Below, one piece after another: positions 63,101 to 64,000 of a stretch of 64,000 nucleotides of DNA. The position numbers and the translations under genes are program-made. The notes beneath the pieces were generated by a model. That model worked only from the letters and a program-made list of their open reading frames with translations. It did no database searches and was not told the DNA's origin. Each line of letters starts with the position of its first letter. Positions within the stretch are counted from its first letter, which is position 1. Origin of the DNA: a virus; IMG/VR virus record IMGVR_UViG_3300009068_000024, positions 1 through 64,000 of that record; one strand, given 5' to 3'.

Positions 63101-64000
63101 AGAAAACACTTCGACGATGCAATTGGAGAAAGAATAGGCGGTCCTGAGGCTTATACCCCATTCTTCCTAGAGCTAGCTCAGAAAATATGGAAAGAAAAAC
63201 TAGAGCCGCACGATGACAGCGTTCGTCAGATTCCTGTAACTTTCAACGATATGATGAAGAACTTCGCTCTTAGCCACCCTAATCTAAAAGAAGTTAACTC
63301 TAAGGGAGAAAGCGCCCACGGTCTTGGTGCAATCCCAGACATTATTCTGATTGATGAGGCTCAGGACGTTAACGGAGTATTCTTTAGACTTATGGATGAG
63401 CAAGAGACTCTACACAACAATGGCATACAACTTGTTGTTGTTGGAGATCCTCACCAATCTATCTATCAGTTCCGTGGAGCCGTCAACAGCCTAAATATGT
63501 TTAGAAGAATGGTAACCCTACCTCTAACCATGATGTTCCGTGCCGGACAAGATGTTGCTGATTTTGCTAACCAGGTTTTGGAGATTAAGGACGAGGATGA
63601 CGAACGTCTAGTCGGAAATCCAAATAAGACTTCAAGTCTTGCAACTCCTGGAAGTATGACAGATGCAGACATGATTCTTACCACAACCAACGCTGATGCT
63701 CTACTAGAAATTATGACTATGGTTGGTAGAGGTCAACGTGCTGGTGTTATTAGAGAATTTAAAGCTGAAATGAATAGTTTCTTGGCTACAGCTAAGTGGC
63801 TATTCTTCGGTGCTAACCCTAAGTACCGCCCATCAAATGCGCATGAGGACTTAGATTCCTACGACAGCTGGAAGCAAATGCTTGAACTTCACCAAGAAGA
63901 TTCTGATCCAGCAGTAGGAAGATTGCTAGGCATTATGGAGTTGACTCAAGCTCGCCTAGAGGAGCAAGAAAGAGACAGCGATGGTAAGGCAGTATTTGCT
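57134..64000 (+). CDS. Giant multidomain protein (>2280 aa, partial) with DEDDh 3'-5' exonuclease and UvrD/SF1 helicase domains
   Basis: GTG start. The same frame holds HFIDFETTG (61181), GHN..FD, LHDSAKD, ALAGTGKTT (62702), IDEAQD and VGDPHQSIYQFRGA. Absent from the ORF track, consistent with no stop before the window end. Confidence 0.88.
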   Translation, partial: MSKKINLIKQFDDQLAVEMPEDISVSELIFNFTLEQNARVEEIRRVTEQQLETVALRSLTASATENLTTDVRYFNVLRELSHFLSLATEGPRPNGEDRNTDLLPEYHPSSTAELSLDPITFRARRGAWYSADPRIEDEEVRSLVASVYGSHPMDVQFQHAYTRLLALPAGSLPVDIIVSPLTAGVWGKVKSTYSKAMNVFKGKNSSFWRSLRAKRQLRDSKGRWIEMGGGGQVNVRFPRGNVRAVSGKVAGYSTKGGYIDFEVTDIPGLKNGLYRVPAAAFEGVAAILPAEAVKGLPVGNAIPDDNQIIDIKDLVPAEMPEGWVKSPYTPTSSVFDNNELDSDSVYDSADGYTATVVNKPGKVSEGFVNKAKETYGDTLEIVGSDGTENLDMSKPLITVWASKRGKGAKSPIGFAQDWAGVQKIAGDEDDRFGDKDNQDLTPEEKPKAMIPAQPSQRREKPEDEGEPNKPYDDGSNPDASMPEGWNKIGDHTYLSKDRRFRVTYGFGQSDVVLVYDQRTGNVSFQPIMSDGVYTLTERDGNGDFTMDTQIPFFNWEQVEDQVHAIKYLEALDPLFNPNIANVPDYQREMYSKLDPSERFQYDYFGPGSDMIKKADAIIAQFLQDFYPGDFTSPKFNDNGFWSGKGARSDTSARIVDSGDNLRSVQIIDKRIGPLKTHPIYPGEDENEVLTQALRDWFVLPDNLQRFSLYSEFKDFDITNGRSAEKTRKAVAEIYYEMHVASENEPNKFNDDTYYVSRLHSGLRKYVDSKEAKNTDLGPSQNRANDDFIPNEGQVRRLVAILNSRYVQDEPELWDKVRAIRKNPEEHTVKEVNDLAAYIEKNFRELTSPEKGLASWLQKSYLKWALDNKNWSKEEAEEIRKKIDNNTLTRAEYDQLHERAYNLPFKPLQAPEPTPEEIAELEKLRAAENTVNGKPDYWLADQPTESPKYLRSNIPQEAMGPSDGQLVGIERFLEDRNIPEELVQEFMDNYKDMNAREIREWYYTFKEHPFKDQYKPKNKYGLVARDFDGASDRMLASIERIFDKGLASDREIAAIVKSVPRMNKYEVSTQIMSELKAREDAYDSVLIKKAVEGGKSINDLDLVDLIGRPNAPEGWEDFKPNDEARKEILADQKDEEEVKQFVDKQARKNAARRSRYALARLAAFIANNRDLVNADGKRIIDGALDDIRDLKRMLDLRRKYVIKPAKVMERLETIKKGLTDSDNAHTYGRLKNKKPKTVDTLERLAAEVGSVIGRDGYHNGPYENDYDPSLEDEVDHSTSAEVFEPNPAESPEIPAVDDPVPGLIDYSNHPNRPRGPRRLKPKAFWGVVRDWVAGAKTFDDVENALKDKELHFIDFETTGVFDPLQPHVKNDPIQIAIYKVKNGEILDKFVAYMNPGSIPSSWAMTTLRDDKGNRITPEWLASLPSKSEVIAKAVEFLGPNAVLAGHNIADFDLEVLNRTLREAGLNEYSPAGMVDTLGLADYIYNVFSKINPSGPYKMDTFGPFGSTAIEALARYEGIPFQELHDSAKDLEINIQLLDKMLQRAKSGTDLIKDNVFDLDASDKDYDAKLPKYLAGREAFIERAVKFIADMAVKEALKGSEPDPKDLEEEVRNALNGGAADGNPQGDGPPAIILPVVDGEQPITESNVIPDPINRIKPPSPKQLKSVERRLLDTRGLVSAERAAEIWDLLPNVNSNEIGDLVREMDAAELDYAIANNLPIDNFRIPLDYDMEKLEAYKDKMYPDRNKKDGPSQLRQGLNSQSVLSEISYAMTNLQDALGSTSSPAEKRVINSAIKKLEQAAQDEINNPSQNRERPADTKDKAELATGRHDIGFLDKEYTAQQQDAIEAGIRGWSVVIKALAGTGKTTTLIGLAKAILHYFPKKRILAMAFNKAIADENRLKFPGNTEIRTMDSVSFKAPVNSKLSKKFTAMKKQSDAKNRPINGFLDIADYFKIPNEVELSNGQRISKFLAVKITLKGLNNWTISADDMIERKHFDDAIGERIGGPEAYTPFFLELAQKIWKEKLEPHDDSVRQIPVTFNDMMKNFALSHPNLKEVNSKGESAHGLGAIPDIILIDEAQDVNGVFFRLMDEQETLHNNGIQLVVVGDPHQSIYQFRGAVNSLNMFRRMVTLPLTMMFRAGQDVADFANQVLEIKDEDDERLVGNPNKTSSLATPGSMTDADMILTTTNADALLEIMTMVGRGQRAGVIREFKAEMNSFLATAKWLFFGANPKYRPSNAHEDLDSYDSWKQMLELHQEDSDPAVGRLLGIMELTQARLEEQERDSDGKAVFA

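Noticed and set aside
57109-63690. Short ORFs listed after 57.1 kb
   Set aside because: Alternative-frame or antisense shadows of the giant open frame starting at 57134

Overview
This is a 64-kb internal segment of a large, low-GC dsDNA tailed phage. Its host is very probably an actinobacterium (WhiB, DUF3039, FmdB-type Zn ribbon, ClgR-like HTH, actinobacterial LexA boxes); a small freshwater Microbacteriaceae-type host is my inference. From left to right: a collagen-like fibre gene running off the left edge; class II RNR; whiB; an RNA island (tRNA-fMet variant, tmRNA, several unexplained structured RNAs); glycosylation, thioredoxin and DenV-like accessory genes; cell-wall genes and a PA14 surface protein; a probable small terminase; a ~17-kb early/host-takeover region of small genes behind strong repeated promoters; the large terminase; an inverted block of early-type cassettes; the portal; a Dps fusion; and a >2,280-aa exonuclease-helicase protein running off the right edge. 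The most unusual signals are not genes. (1) Hairpins at the 3' ends of early transcripts carry loops antisense to the phage's own ribosome-binding sites, and are often followed by a six-copy covarying pseudoknot. (2) The DNA falls into sharply bounded motif domains: about 25 copies of AACTTCCAACGAA in all reading frames at 19.8-28.6 kb, near-total loss of several 4-bp palindromes at 29.9-45.9 kb, and about 38 CCWGG sites in 1.15 kb at 45.8-46.9 kb. (3) There are perfect LexA SOS boxes, and GACAC (WhiA-type) elements at the early promoters. All counts are manual reads, and all protein family calls come from recognising motifs, not from database searches.
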